A stretch of DNA of 64,000 nt from Entomortierella parvispora E1425 (Eukaryota; Fungi; Mortierellomycota). Every line of letters begins with the position of its first letter. The stretch's first letter is position 1. A program made the translations under genes and the position numbers. The stretch spans positions 434,001-498,000 of the forward strand of contig BQFW01000013.1 in the NCBI GenBank assembly GCA_020891255.1, in the 5' to 3' direction. The notes beneath the pieces were generated by a model that ran no database searches, had not been told where the DNA came from, and worked only from the letters and a program-made list of their open reading frames with translations. Shown here piece by piece: positions 23,367 to 36,546 of this stretch.

Positions 23367-26300
23367 CTAATGGCGTGGTGGAGGATAGGGGAATGCTGGC
23401 ATGTTCTTGTTCTGATAACCACCACGACCTCCTCGACCCGAAGGTGGGCGAGGGGGGGCAGCCGCTTGATGACCGTACCATCCCTGACTGGGCTGTTGTG
23501 GTGCTGCTTGGACAGGCAAGATCCCATGAGGTACAGAGCCGCCATAGGGTGCCGTGGGGGTCACTGGAGGTCCATAGTGGTTCACGGGCGCGAATCCAGG
23601 GATCACAGGGGTTTGCTGAGTTCCATAGTGATGCGAAGGTGGTGGTGCGTAGCCGCCTGCTCCACCTCCATTGTACCCACCGCGTGATCCACCGCCATAT
23701 CCACCACGGGAAGATCCTCCATAACCTCCTCGACCGCCGCCGCCATTGTATCCGCCGCCAGTACCCTGGTGATGAGAACCATAACCATTCTGCTGGCCAC
23801 CATATCCACCTCGGGAAGAGTGGCCACTGTCATGGCCATAGCCGCCTCGGCCACCGCCATGACCTCCACGACCACCTTGACCACCATATCCTCCACCCTG
23901 GGGTTCATAGCCACCCTGACGACCATAACCTTGGGAGTGATGGTCGTTTTGATGACCTCCGCGGCCTGCAGGGCCACCATGGTGACCACTGGAGCGGTGA
24001 TGATCCACATCCCCGCCATAGTAGCCATGACCGCCATGACCGCCGCGTCCGCCGCCATAACCAACATGGCCCGGCCTTGAGTCGTATCCCTGGTATGGTC
24101 CAGCTTCTGGGAACCTTGATCCATCGTGGTTTGCGCCACCATTGTAGCCAAAGTTCTGGCCAGGATAGGTTCTGTCAGCCGCGCCACGGTTATCCGCCGT
24201 GAAACCACCTCGTCCACGGAAAGATCCCCCGCGGTTACGATCAAATCCTCCATTGTTCTGGCCGCGGTTGTTGTATCCACCACGACCGCCGCGACCGCCG
24301 CGACCTCCACGACCTCCACGTTGAGAGCCGCCGCCGTTTCGGATCCATCGAATGTCCTCCGGTGACAAGACTCTTGTAGGAGGGTTTACGCCCTTGAGCA
24401 TCAACGAAGGGTGAACGTAGCCCTCAGGGACTGTTGGGTTCGAGTAGATGGCACTAATAGATGTGTCCACTGAAATATCCGTCAGGCCGTAATCTTCCAG
24501 AGGCGAAGGGAAAGAGCTCCTGGGAATGCAATGAGGGTCCCTAGAAACTGTTCCCAAGAGACGACCACTCTTCTTATAGTCCAGGTGAACAACCTCGCCA
24601 TCTCCACGGGAGCTATAGAGCTTGTCGCAAAGAGGATCATACAACTTGCTCTTTTCGCTGATAAAGAGAATCTCCGTGCCAAATTTGTTGCGCTCGACTT
24701 CATCCTCTGTGAGTCTGGGGTAGAGAGGCTTCATAGCCTCCAGCAGACGGACGGGATCCAAGAATGGCAAAAGTGCGACACCTTGCCAAGCAAACTTCTT
24801 GCCGTTGAGGTCCATTTCAAAGTTCTCCGGATAAAAGTCAATGATAGGCGAATCCTCCTCGTACATCAGTGGCTGGAAGGCTGGGGGAATGTGCTGCTTA
24901 CTGGCAGCAGGAAGAACTCCCATAAGCTGCTCAATAGGATGGAAAGGTTCGCCGAGCTCAAACCTAATGTCCAGATCGCCAATATCCACAAAGTCCGATG
25001 CAAAGGGAGAGTAGTGGTAGGGATAGTACCATTGCCAAGAAGGGCATCCCTGCATATAATACTTCATGACCCAACAACATCCCTCAATATAGCTCTTCAC
25101 AATACTATCAAAAGATCAACATAGACACACACAAAAAAAGAAGGGTTAATGTCAAAATCTTCAACAGAGCCAGACACTCATGGTATCGAATAGAACTTAC
25201 GCTCTTCGCGCAGGGGCATCTGACAGCTCAATGTGGAACTTGTTGCGGTAGTAGCGCTCCTTGTATTCCGGCTCCCACAATCGGACGTTATCATCGGGTT
25301 CCTCGTCATCGTCCACATGTGCCTTCTTCTTAGCGATGGCAGCGGGAATTGGAGTGGGGGTAGCGGCAGCCTCAGTGTCGTCATCGTCTCCATCCACAGT
25401 CGATGTCTCATCCTCCTCAACTTCTTCAATCGTTCGCTTGAGAGGGTTCTTCTCCCGCATTTCAACGTCTGCATCGGCGACGCTTTCGGTTGCCTCGGTA
25501 GTGCCGTCAGCTGCTACCGCTTCTTCCTTTGTCTCTGCAGTTCCATTAGCAGCTTCAGTTGCTGCAGACTCCCCTGCCAACTCGGCCTTCAGCAACGCCG
25601 CAGCAGCTTGATTCGACACAGTTCTTATCCGGACCTTTTCCTCCATGATCTTCTTGTTCAGTGCCGCAACCTCCTTTTCAGCCTCAGCCTTGTTACTGAG
25701 ACCCCGGACAGCGACTGCGGGCATGTTGAAGTTGGAGGATTGCGACAGCGCAGCACCTCCCTCCTGTGAAGCATAGAGCGCCCTAGCCTGGTCTTCAATC
25801 TTGCGGCGTTTGTTGTTCTTCATCTTGCGCTCCTCCTTTTCACGACGTTCCTGGAAGATACCATCCTCTTTCTTTCCAAGTTCGGTCATAAGAAACTGTG
25901 CTCTCTTCAAGTCTACATCTCCATTTCGTGTCATGTAGCCGCCCATGAGAGGTAGAACCTGCTTCCAAATATCAATCAGGATATCAATGGCACCTTCACG
26001 CGTCTCCAAAGAGGGCAAATGAGGCAAGAAGTCGTTTCCGACAAAGAAGCACAAAAAGACCCAATCATCGATCGCTTGCTCAATATCCCATTCAAAAGGC
26101 AGGTTCTCGACCTTGAGCTCGATCTCCAGATATTCGCGAAGGATGCTGACGTTGAGATAAATGTATGGTTTCTCTGTCGCTGGTGGGGCTTTTTCATCAA
26201 AATCTCCAGACTTGATCTTGGCCTTGCCTTGACACTGTGCTGCCATATGTCCGGTCTGATTGCAAAGAAAGCATTTATTCTTTGCACTGCCCTCCTGGAA

Positions 26301-27574
26301 GAACACGTCTTCACGAAGTACCTTGAAATAAGGCTCGTGTGTTCCAAGAGCCAACATGATCAGATCCGCATCCTATATACGCAGATAAAATCAAAGTCGG
26401 TTAGTGAGATGCCTAGAGGAAGTCCAAAGTCCAACCTGCACCCTTCTGAAAGCGACGACTTACAAGACCATAAATAACGTGGCTGGTGTTGGGGTTATGG
26501 TGAGGAGCCGATCTCTGGGAGCGGATGAAATTCATCATTTTGTGCTCACCCTCTCCAGGGACACTGCCATCCGACAAAATGACCTTCAGGTTCATCCAAC
26601 CTGGATCCTCGTTCAACTTTTTGGCGACCCAGAATCGCAAGACTTTTCCCAAATTGACCATGAAGGGTGTTCCAGGGGTAATACAGTTTCCATCAAACTT
26701 TTGTGTTGTGTCGTGATCGGGGCGCTGAGCCTTGAGATCGGCTGGAAAAACAATGTTGTTTGTTTTAGCTACTTCAACATTCACTGGCATGTTCATGAAT
26801 GGCCTACACTTTCTACTTCCTTACCTGTGAGCTCTTCCCAAGCTTTGTCTTCACTTGCAGCCTTCTCTTTGGCTTCCTGCGCAGTCCTGAAACGTCTGGA
26901 TCGCTGCTGGTTCATTTTGGCGCGAGGAGCAACACCATCTACAGGATACAAAGCCTGGTTAGCACCTGAGTTATAACAATGAACATGAATCATGGACGGA
27001 CCACTGATTGGTGCCTTAATAACTCACCAACGGCCATGTAAAGCATCTTGCGAGGGCGAACCATGTTGACAATACGCTCGATGTATGCAAAGATCGCCAC
27101 CATCATCTCGTCTTCGTTTGCTGGTGGTGGCTAGAATATCAAACAAAAGAAAGAGGAGCAAGTCAGAGAACAAGTTTCAAAATCCATATTCACCCCCGAG
27201 TGCCGGTTCAGGAAGGATGGTCGGGGCGCCTTACCTTTCCTTCGGGCTTACAACATGGATGAATAATGTTGTTCATATCCAGATATAAGTAGTCGTTCTC
27301 CTCGTTGTTTGGGTTGGGTTGGGTAATGTCGATGGGCACAACGACACCATCAATCTCCTTTGGATGTTCTTCGACGACATTGGTGGTGATCTTTGGGTAC
27401 TTGTTGGCAAGCCTAATGAGAGAAATGCAATATGGTGGTCCATTTAGTCAGTGTGAGTGTTTCCTTTTGCATGCTGCAGTTCAACGACTGTAGGTGATCC
27501 AACTCTGTGGTTTCCTGTGAATTGAGAGTGAGCGCAGCAACCGTTTACCATCTGAAGAGGGCGGGAACTCCCAT
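23367..27574 (-). CDS. RAT1: 5'-3' exoribonuclease 2 (Xrn2/Rat1/Dhp1) with zinc knuckle and long Gly/Arg/Tyr-rich tail
   Basis: MGVPALFRW|[69 protein letters not shown]; [14 protein letters not shown] knuckle. Confidence 0.96.
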
Positions 27575-27734
27575 TGCGAATGCAGAGACTGCGGAAGGGA
27601 GGGGAGGGGAGGGGAGGGATGAAGGATGGATGGAATAAAGGTGAAAAGGAAGGACCGCTGCCCCTTCAGTCTGACTTCAGTGGGAGGCAGAGCACTTTGC
27701 TGAAAGTGAAAACAATCGATCTCCCACTGCGAAC

Positions 27735-27753
27735 AAAAAAAAAAAAAAAAAAA
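27735..27753 (+). repeat. Poly(dA:dT) tract (A19) in the divergent XRN2/UBX promoter
   Basis: A19 read directly, between ATGs at 27574 (-) and 28150 (+). Confidence 0.8.
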
Positions 27754-28149
27754 GGCTGTCCTAATCACGCAATTCCGCTAATTGCACACGACTGTGGTGC
27801 GGATGTGCAATTACAGAAAGCAGCAACAGTTGCACGCAGACAGCACGCACACACTCACATACGCGCTGACGTATAAGCATGGCAAGCCAGGAGAACAACA
27901 TGGCCAGCGCACGCAGCGTGGCTCACCGTCAGAGACCCGCCTCGCTCCCTGTCTGTGCAACGCGCCCGTCTCTGCTCCGTCGCCAAATTCATTTCGACAA
28001 GAAACCACCTCCGTTCATTGCTTTGGATTGATTCCTCTCCTTGTCGTCATTTCCACCTTCCTGCCCTCTACTCTATTCCACCTTCCTTACTCTTGCAAGT
28101 CAACTCCTCCACTCTCACCATTACCACCAAAAAGAGAAAAGTCACCCCC

Positions 28150-30336
28150 ATGGAGTCCATCAACTCTGAGGACATTGTCCAGTTCTGTGCCATTACCTCC
28201 GCAGACCCCGATGTCGCCTCAAACTACCTGACGGTTCGTGTCCCTTCTCCTAGCCCCACCTACCTCACCTTGCTCCCCCAGCCCTGACCCCTTGGCGTTC
28301 CGAATAGAAAATAGAGCTCCAGTGGGCTGTATCCAACGCGCGACAAGGGTTCACAGACTCACCACCGTCGACTCTCACTCACTCTTACTCTATCTAGGTG
28401 TGCGATGGATCCCTTGACAGAGCTGTCACCTTGTACATGGAAAGCGGTGGTATTGACCTCGCTGGCACGTCCTCCTCTAGCAACAACAACACCAGCAGCA
28501 ATACCAGAGGTTCTCGCCGGTCAAGATCGCCCTCGAACGACGGATCTTCTGGCGGCTATGGAACTTTTGATCAGGACGCAGAACTTGCGAGGTCTCTGAT
28601 GGAAGAGGAGAGCAATGCTGCAAGCAGTATCCGTGCCCCGATTGCACCTCGACACGAAATGTTGCTTGGGGATGACTATGGAGATCATCCTGGGTCCATG
28701 TTTGGAGGTCCTGTTCGTAAGTTTTTCTTTGCACTGGCAAAGCATGACCTCTTTGGATAACTTGGCATCACATTACACAGACCCCGACACTGACGCCTTT
28801 TTATCCCGTACTAACTTGCTGTTTGATTCGTTTACCCACAGGCTCCCGCGCTGCGCCATCCGTGTTTTTGCCACCAGATTCGTCTAGTCTTGCCAGGGAT
28901 GCGTTCCGTGATTTTGCAGCAGAGACGGCAACGTTTGGAGGAGAGACAAGTCCAAAGACTTCTCGCTTGGCAGATTTGTTCAAGGCCCCACTTGATTTAA
29001 TGGCCCGTGGCGACTTTGATCAGGTAAAGACTCTTCACTTGACCATGTAAAGTGCACCTCTCGTCGATTGGAATGCTAATTATCCTTGTCTATATTCATT
29101 AGAGTCGTAACGTGGCCAAAGCGCAGACCAAGTGGTTGATGGTGAACATTCAGGAGGCTGGAGTTTTTGCTTGCCAAGTTCTGAACCGCGATCTCTGGAG
29201 TGACCCTGACGTGAAGGAAGTCGTGAAGGAGAATTTTATCTTTTTGCAGGTACTACCACTGGGATCATACAATAACCATGCAACATGAGTTGAGGAAGGT
29301 GCGCCGCCCATGCTGACCAGTTTCATTTAGTTTTACTCTGACAGTGTCGAGGGCAAGAAATATGCAGCATACTATCCTCTCAAGACTTTTCCACATATCG
29401 CCATCATTGACCCAAGAACAGGTAAAAGGCTCGGTTCACTAAAAGTCGCCATGGTACAACAATCAAGTATTCTGATTTTTTTTTTAACTTCTAGCCGAGA
29501 GAATGCATGTTTGGAGCAAGGCTATTGACCCCATGGATTTTCTTTCTGATGGTACGAGTCCTTTGTTGGCGCAGTTTAATTTGATCCGCATTCTCTCTGA
29601 GGCTCGGACTGACGTTTGTTTTATCAATTTCTAGTGTCCGAGTTCTTGGACATGCATTCCCTCACGGATTCTGCCTCCAAGCCTTCGCAGCCAAAGAAAA
29701 AGAAGCTGGTAAAGGATATCTCAGATATGACAGAGGAGGAGCAGCTCCAAGCAGCAATGATGGCCTCCATGGGTGGAGATCCATCCAGTGCCATCGATAT
29801 TACTGCGGCTGAAGATGAGGACACGCCTATTGCGGAGACGCCTGCTGGTAAGAGTCGTTCTCGCCATTTAACAGGCACTCTTGGCGCCTATCATGAAACA
29901 CATTACTGACGTTCCATCCATCTCTCATATCAAATAGTCTTGGAGCCAGAGCCAGTGGAGGAGGTGTCCGTGCTCGACAGCATACAACCCATCCGCCACG
30001 AGGAGCCCACAGATGCAGCTACTTCTACAAGAATCGGATTCCGACTCAGTGACGGTTCTCGATTGACGCATCGCTTTTCAAAGACGGCCCCTGTTCGTGC
30101 GCTGTTTGAGTTTGTCAAATCTGAAGTTGAGGATGCGAGAACACAACCATTCGAGGTAAGTCTCTTGTAGTGCCAAGGTGCAGGTAAAATGCCACGATGG
30201 CTAAACATGAGTTCTCTCTCTCCTTCATGTTGTATTCACTTAGCTCGTCTTTATGGGCAAGCAACTGCTGGGCGAGGTGGACAAGACCCTGGCAGATGTT
30301 GGCATCGAGAATGCGCAGATCATGGTTCAAACATAA
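28150..30336 (+). CDS. UBX5: UBX-domain Cdc48/p97 adaptor (UBA-like, UAS, UIM, UBX; Ubx5/UBXN7-like), about 9 exons
   Basis: IVQFCAIT..LDRAVTLY (UBA-like); LADLFKAPLDL, WLMVNIQ and CQVLNRDLW (UAS); EEEQLQAAMMASM (UIM); IGFRLSDGSRL..F (UBX). Confidence 0.85.
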
Positions 30337-30492
30337 GAGACAAAAAAAAAAGTTGTTCCTGCAAATTTCTCGCGCTGGGAGACTCTCTCCCCTTCTCACA
30401 ATATCACCATAAACATAATACACTTTTCAAACTTTCGAGGTCTTTTTTGCAAGGGTGTTTATGATACAAGAGGATGCTGTGGAGCAAGATTA

Positions 30493-31046
30493 TTACTTTG
30501 CTGTCCTGAACAGCTTCTGGAAGAAAGTGGGACCCTTCTTGCCGATGGCCTCAAAGTTCTTCTTTGCGGTCTCTTTCTCCAGCATGTCCACAAGCTTTGA
30601 GTAATAGTTGGGATTGCTGGCAGGGGTCAACAGCTTTGAAGACAATGGGTACTAAACATAGACGAGGATCGGAGGAGAGAAGAGAGGGGAGGGTTCCGGG
30701 GGGATATGTTAGTATGATTTCATTTCTGTTTGGGAGCAAACAGAGTCGGGATCCAGGATCTAGACCCCTTGCCGTTCTATCCTGCTTTGTTCCAGCCTCT
30801 CACCTTTTGCTTGAACTCGTTTCCGGTGATCCGTTGCAAGGCCTCGAGCTGGACCTGAGCGTCGGCGAGTCTGGAGGCGAGGGTCTCGGAAGGAGCAATG
30901 GGGGCACGGAATGTCGATGTGACCTGGCTCCGGAGAGCGGTCTTCATGTTGCGGGTGGGGCGAATAGGGTCAGCGGGCCAGTCGGCGATAACGCGGAGGT
31001 AAGAGCGGTACAAACGGCCGACGGAGGTGGTAGATGGAGATGCCAT
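30493..31046 (-). CDS. CBP6: Cytochrome b assembly factor Cbp6/UQCC2-like; exons 31046-30804 and 30651-30493
   Basis: LYRSYLRVIADWPADPIRP..EALQRITGNEFKQK|YPLSSKLL matches the UQCC2 pattern (Y..FL....WP.D..R; N.Y...YP) as recalled. Confidence 0.65.
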
Positions 31047-31916
31047 GGTGATGGTGAGTGTCTGTGTGTCTGTGTGTAGGTGAAGGATGGTTGAATGGCA
31101 ATGAATGCATGTTTCGCACCAAGAAGTGTTTACTGTGACTGCTCATGTCCACTGCTGAATTCATGCTTCCCCCTCCTGTGCCTGCAGGGGTCGGAGAGAC
31201 ATTCAAAAACGCGTGTGGCGGAGGGACGCGTTGGCACCTTCAGCCGGGGTCACGGCCCCAAGGCTCTTGTTGTCAGACGCAGTAGATGCAGGGGCCGAGG
31301 ATAGGAGGAAGAGACGAACAGACAGAAGAGCGAGATGGCAGACGAGCAAGAGAGGAGAGAGATATATACAGTATGTAAAAAGAGAGCAGGAGCATGGCTT
31401 GGACCTCTGGTCGTGCAAGGGGGCCCCATGGGTGTGGATGTGATGTGTGGAGGAAAGAGCGTTTCGCCTCTTTTTTTGTCTTTTTTTTTGTTTGTTCGTC
31501 TGCTGTTCACCTCTTTCTCGCTCCTTCCTTCTTTCCTTCCTTCTTTCCGTCCTCCTCCTTTCTGCTCATTCCCTTTCTCACTCCCTCATTCCCTCTGCTT
31601 TGCCTCGTTTGCTCTTTCCCCCCCCATCGCCCAAAGACTGCATCCACACCAACAGCCCTTTTTCTTCCTGAACAAACACACCCTCCCCCCTTTCAACCTC
31701 ACCCACGCTATTTTCTTCTCTCACCGCTACTGCTCCTCCTGCCTTTTTCCGTGGCTCTCATTCGCCCAGACAACTTGTCCATTGAACCACTTCTTCAACT
31801 GTCATGGTACTTGCTCTGCTTGTGCACCATGGCGTTCACACTGTCAGGGTTTGAAGCTTAAACTGACTGTCCTCTCTTCTCTTTGTTGCGCCTCGGGAAC
31901 AACGACTACTTGAAAA

Positions 31917-34900
31917 ATGCAGAGCGTGTCCAGTCAATTGGATCCAGAGGAGTATTACGTCAAGCTCGAGCGTATCGGTAAGAAAGGCCTATGACTACTG
32001 GCAGAACAGAACACGTACTGGACTCAACTGACGCATGACTGTACTTTGCTTTATTTTAGGCAAGGGCTCGTTCGGAGAAGTCTTCAAAGGGTAAAGGGAT
32101 GGAAAGAGAGAGACAGAGGAAAGAGTCCACACTTGCAGGATCAGACTGGATAAGACGGGAGGGACTTACTTGCCACTTCTGCAGGTCCGCCGTTTTGTCA
32201 AGGACCAGCTGCATGCTATTGTTGTGGTTGTCGCTGTTTGCAGGATCATCGCCACCTCCCTGGAGTTATTCAGGACAGACTCAGAGCTGGATCAAGGGGG
32301 CTCACAAAGAAGGAGGACGGACTTTCCCCCTCATTTTCCCCTTGCTTAGCCTTTTGTTTCCAGTTGGATCTACGACTCGAGTATTGAAGCCGGGGCGACG
32401 ATCAGTCTGTTTCTCGTGTAGTCATCGTCCTCAGTCCTTTGGCAGACGATTACAGCATGATTCCAACAACTACAGCCACGTCAACGACAATGTCAACATC
32501 AACAGAGTTCATGTGCTCTGGTCTATTCGTTGGCCCCTGAATTCATTTTACTTGTGAGGTGTGGGAACAAGGCATAAGAAAGCGATGAGAGTACCACTTG
32601 TCCTACTGCTTTTTCCGCTCACGACAGGGGGGAATAGAGAATGGGTCGAGTGGTTGACCGAGTCTAACGGAAAGCACAGCCATATTAACCCATTGTCCAT
32701 CGTCATACCCTATTTGGCCATGGACCATTCTCCTTAGTTTTGATCGCAGGACAAAAAAGCCGGTTGCAATCAAGATTATTGATCTTGAGAATGCCGAAGA
32801 CGAGATCGATGATATCCAGCAAGAGATCAACATCTTGTCACAGCTGGACTCTCCTTTCGTAACGAGGTAGAACAGATTAGAGGCAATTGACCTAGCAAGG
32901 ACGGTGTTCGATGATGAATCTCAGATGAGATATTAACGCTGTGTTTGATTCTGGTTAGATACTTTGCATCCTTCCTCAAGGGTGCGAACCTTTGGATCAT
33001 CATGGAGTACTGCTCAGGAGGATCTTGCTCAGATTTGGTAAGAGTGATATACAAGAGTGCGATAGCCTCAAATCAAACCCTCACACGACTGTATTCATAG
33101 ATGAAAGCAGCCAGTTTCAAGGAGGATTACATTGCCATCATAGCTCGCGAGCTTCTAAAAGGCCTAGAATACCTTCACGGAGAGGGCAAACTTCACCGAG
33201 GTAAATGGTGACAGAGGGGTATCATGTGGATATTTTAGTTTTTGTATTTTTGCCTCCATGGAAGAATGGCATGACGCGTGCGCGGGCTGACTTGTCGCAT
33301 GAATCTTGTGTTTTCTTCTTCCCTGTGACCAACCATGCTCCACGAATGCTGTCGTGCAACCTACCCAAAACAGACATCAAAGGTAACAGACAACAACAAC
33401 AGCTCCGACGAGATCAATGATTACGTATTTCCACCCAACTCATACAATAACTCCATTTCCAAAATTTTCAATTGTAGCGGCTAATGTACTCCTTACAACG
33501 GAGGGGGATGTCAAGCTGGCTGATTTTGGAGTGTCTGGCCAGGTAACCATCAGGATTTCAGGACCGAATTCCTCATCTCAGAGCAAAGTAGTCAAATGCG
33601 ATACTCATATTCTGCTATTCCCCTATTTCCGTAGCTAACAGCAACCATGACAAAGAAAAACACCTTTGTCGGGACGCCAGTAGGTGGAAACATGTATCCA
33701 TTCGACGATAAAGTCGGTGTGACCAGCAGAGGTTGATATCTCTTTTTTTTTTTTTTTTTTTTTTTTTTGACAAAAATTAGTTTTGGATGGCACCAGAAGT
33801 TATCAAGCAATCAGGGTACGACAACAAGGCCGATATCTGGTCTCTGGGAATCACTGCAATTGAGTTGGCTAAAGGCGAGCCGCCATATTCGGACATACAC
33901 CCTATGAAAGTGCTCTTTTTAATTCCCAAGAACCCTCCCCCTGTTCTTGAGGGAAACTATTCAAAGGCATTCAAGGATTTTGTAGCAGCCTGTTTACAAC
34001 GTGATCCAGCACTTGTAAGATCTTTTCTAACATCTCTGTCAAGTGCGCGATGGTCCAAGCGATGTGTTTTTGTACTAAACCAATTATGCCGTTTCCAAAT
34101 TAGCGACCCTCTGCCAAGGAGCTATCGAAACATAGATTTATTCGAGCAGCGAAAAAGTCATCCTATCTTACAGAATTGTTGGAAATCCATGAGAGATGGT
34201 TGCATGAAGGAGGGGGACGCGAAAGTGAATCCTCGGATGACGATGTACCTGGGTAAGCTCCGTAGAAACGACTTGATGCTCTTTTCAAATGGAGTTCCTT
34301 TATGAGTCAAGTGTTTTGACCTTTCACGTCGTTTCTTTAGGGGAGATTTTGAGGATGCACAGGATGGTGGGTGGGATTTCGGCACTGTAAGGGAGCCTGT
34401 TAAGGCTGGACCATCTCAGGGAGTGCACGCGAAAGGAGACGTATGTTCAGTCATCAGTAGCACTCAGTGGATTTGTCTATAGTCGGAAGAATGCTAATGC
34501 TTGACATGTTCATCCCATTAGAAGATGAGAATCAGCGATTCCGGGTACGACACGGTTCGGACACAGCATTACCGTAATATTGAAAATCTGTCTATTCATG
34601 ACAGGTCACCAGAACCTCGACGCGACCGACCAGCCTCAGCAGATCTGACGCGTGATAAAGTGTACCAGACATTTGTGCGACCTGTCTTGAACAATGTAAG
34701 AACGGAACCTGGAAGGAAGAACTTTGCTGTTGACACGCCGTGCTAGATGGATCTCTGGAACACGAGACAGTGCCATGTTCATTCACCTAATGACATGTTT
34801 ATTCCTCGGAAATTTGAATTTTAGTTGCAAGGTCTCTGTTTACGCGAAAGTGAGCGACTTGCGGTTGAGGATCTAAAGCTGGCCTTTGAGAATGCTGAAA

Positions 34901-34962
34901 GAGAGATTCCTGGGCTTTCTCGTCTTTTCTTGAAGGGGCTGAGCGAGCAGTTGAATGGATGA
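31917..34962 (+). CDS. STE20-family GCKIII kinase (MST3/STK24/STK25-like), about 13 exons including a 9-nt micro-exon
   Basis: IG|[30 protein letters not shown]|DIK|[13 protein letters not shown]|[15 protein letters not shown]|FWMAPEV; C-terminal amphipathic helical segment. Confidence 0.92.
33374..33382 (+). other. 9-nt micro-exon (ACATCAAAG) of the STE20 kinase
   Basis: Flanked by CAG at 33371-33373 and GTAACA at 33383; required to build HRDIKAAN. Confidence 0.85.
33743..33768 (+). repeat. T26 homopolymer in a kinase intron
   Basis: 26 consecutive T read directly. Confidence 0.9.
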
Positions 34963-35302
34963 AACCTTGCCGTTACATGGAGCAGTTCTTCCTAGGATTA
35001 GCCAAGAATCAATACCAACAACCCAAAAGAAGTTCAGAGTTATCTTAATCTCATAAACAACCGGAGCTCGCTGATCATTGCTTGTGGGATGCCTCAAACC
35101 AACTTTGCAATCAATTCGTCAGCAAGCATCTCCACCATTCGGTGTGGCTACATAATCGTGAGCCGCAACATCGTAGCCAAAATTACAATCTCAGGGACAA
35201 ATAGATGGGGTTTTCACAAGTATTTAATGCAATTGCGACCAGAAACTCCTCCTGCACCGCAGCTTGGTTCTTGAGGAACTGGTTCCTTTTTGCTCTTTTT
35301 TC

Positions 35303-36546
35303 TTAACGAAGCTCGGCAGGGCAGTCGATCTGCTGGGTGGGATGAGCGGCCTTGAATTCTGGAATCTCATTCAGTGCCTTGCTGATGCGAGAGATGTTTG
35401 GATAAGCGGTCATGTCCACACCCCAACTATAATGACAAAGAAAAAAAAGGAATTCAAGAGTATCTATCACATTAGCAAACGGGTCATTGTGTCCGTCTTC
35501 CCCTCTACCTTGCTTTCACATCGATCAAGAAGCGCAGTAGAGGCAGAATAGAAAACCCCAGTCGTCATTTCCTATCGTGATCATCTTACCGTTCACCATT
35601 GTAAGCTTGGGGGACAAGGGCCAGATCAGCCAGGGTGATAGAGTCACCATAGCAGTACTTGCCAGCCGTCTTTTCAAGCAGGGCCTCCAAAGCCTTGAAG
35701 CCCTCGGCCTGGAAGTGCTTGGCCCACTCGGCCTTCTTCTCATCGCCGACGTAGACAAGGACACGGAGGTTGGTCACGGGTTGAATATCCATAGCGACAG
35801 CATCGACCAAGGCGCGCACCTAATCCAGACAGGGATGCCAATTGATAGAACGTTTAGCCACTCTTCCAAAGAATTGATAGAAAGGGACAGTAAGAGAATA
35901 CAAGAACAGGCATCTTTACCGTTGCTCTTCCGATGGGGTCCTTGGGCAACAATGGGTAGGCTATGAATACGTCAAATGATGAATTACATGTCAGGAGAGC
36001 CTAAAATGCAAAGTCAAGGGACCGTGGGAAACAAAAAACCCTTTGGATCATTACTGGTGTTGGTCTCCTCCAAAAACTCAAGGATGCTGACGGATTCGAT
36101 CAGAGTATGGCCAGTCTTGTGGTCCACAAAGGCAGGGACAAAGCCGAAGGGCTGGATCTTGCGGTACTCTTCGGTTTTCTATTGTTTTTTTACGGTGATT
36201 GAGAAAGTCGGTGAGTTCCTCAGCTGAACGTGTCTCTGACGTGAATTCACAGCGGTAACGCGAGCAGAAAATGAACGGCCGGTGGACCCAGCTCCAAGGA
36301 AAACACGGATCAAGAAGTCGGCTGGTCCATTAGTCCATTAGTCCATTGGTTTTCCTTGTAGGTCTATTGTAAAGGGCAAGGAGGAGCGAAGAGAGGGGGG
36401 GAGGTGTTCGTTGTTATTACCTGCTCGCCCTTGAGCAGGTTGATGGGCTTGATCTCATAGTCAATCTTCTTGAGGTTCAAGGCGATGCGAACGCGCCATG
36501 AGCAAGAGGAGCGGAAGTACGAGTAGAGGATGTCCTTGTCGGTCAT
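35303..36546 (-). CDS. Glutathione S-transferase zeta / maleylacetoacetate isomerase, 5 exons
   Basis: [20 protein letters not shown] (zeta SSC motif), [35 protein letters not shown] and [11 protein letters not shown]. Confidence 0.92.
36325..36348 (+). repeat. 3 x GTCCATTA/G tandem 8-mer in GST-zeta intron 1
   Basis: gtccatta gtccatta gtccattg read directly. Confidence 0.75.

Noticed and set aside
23357-24202. His/Arg-rich 281-aa plus ORF
   Set aside because: Antisense translation of the Gly-rich Xrn2 tail (GGY codons read as RCC/CAC)
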